A stretch of 64,000 bases of DNA from Octopus sinensis. Its lineage: Eukaryota. Position numbers and translations under genes: made by a program. The notes beneath the pieces are model-generated. The model saw only the letters and a program-made list of their open reading frames with translations, was not told the DNA's origin and did not search any database. Each line of letters opens with the position of its first letter. Position 1 is the first letter of the stretch. Where the stretch lies: contig NC_043011.1 of NCBI RefSeq assembly GCF_006345805.1, positions 13,590,464 through 13,654,463 on the forward strand, written 5' to 3'. Below are positions 63,907 through 64,000 of the stretch, piece by piece.

Positions 63907-64000
63907 ATCTTTAACCCTTTAGAATTTAATAATTCAGTTATGACTGAAAAGCCAAGGGTTCAGTGCGTGACAGAAACTAGTATTTAGAACCAGAATTTAA

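Overview
AT-rich, microsatellite-dense eukaryotic DNA whose repeat families and genes look cephalopod (octopus-like; inferred, not proven). Two intact host genes: a Shaw/Kv3-family K+ channel split into a T1 exon (11705-12271) and an S1-S6/C-terminal exon (30992-32230) across an 18.7 kb intron, and an intronless rhodopsin-class GPCR (56441-57553). There is also a degraded LRP1-like pseudogene fragment. Mobile DNA dominates: a 4.45 kb Merlin (IS1595-like DDE) element with an 8-bp TSD, ~580-bp TIRs and a head-to-tail duplicated transposase; eight copies of a ~420-bp TTAGGG-carrying MITE; a mariner derivative with two 5' ends; hAT and pogo-like MITEs; R4/Dong, CR1 and RTE LINE remnants; and three tRNA-derived SINE families, one forming 2-4-mer arrays. 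The most interesting signal is a set of short, often fold-back elements sitting in (TA)n tracts that carry type I hammerhead-ribozyme-like motifs with variant cores (CCGACGA, CUGUYGA). They are probably Penelope-derived, and several lie in the sense strand of the K+ channel intron. Coordinates of degenerate repeats are approximate.
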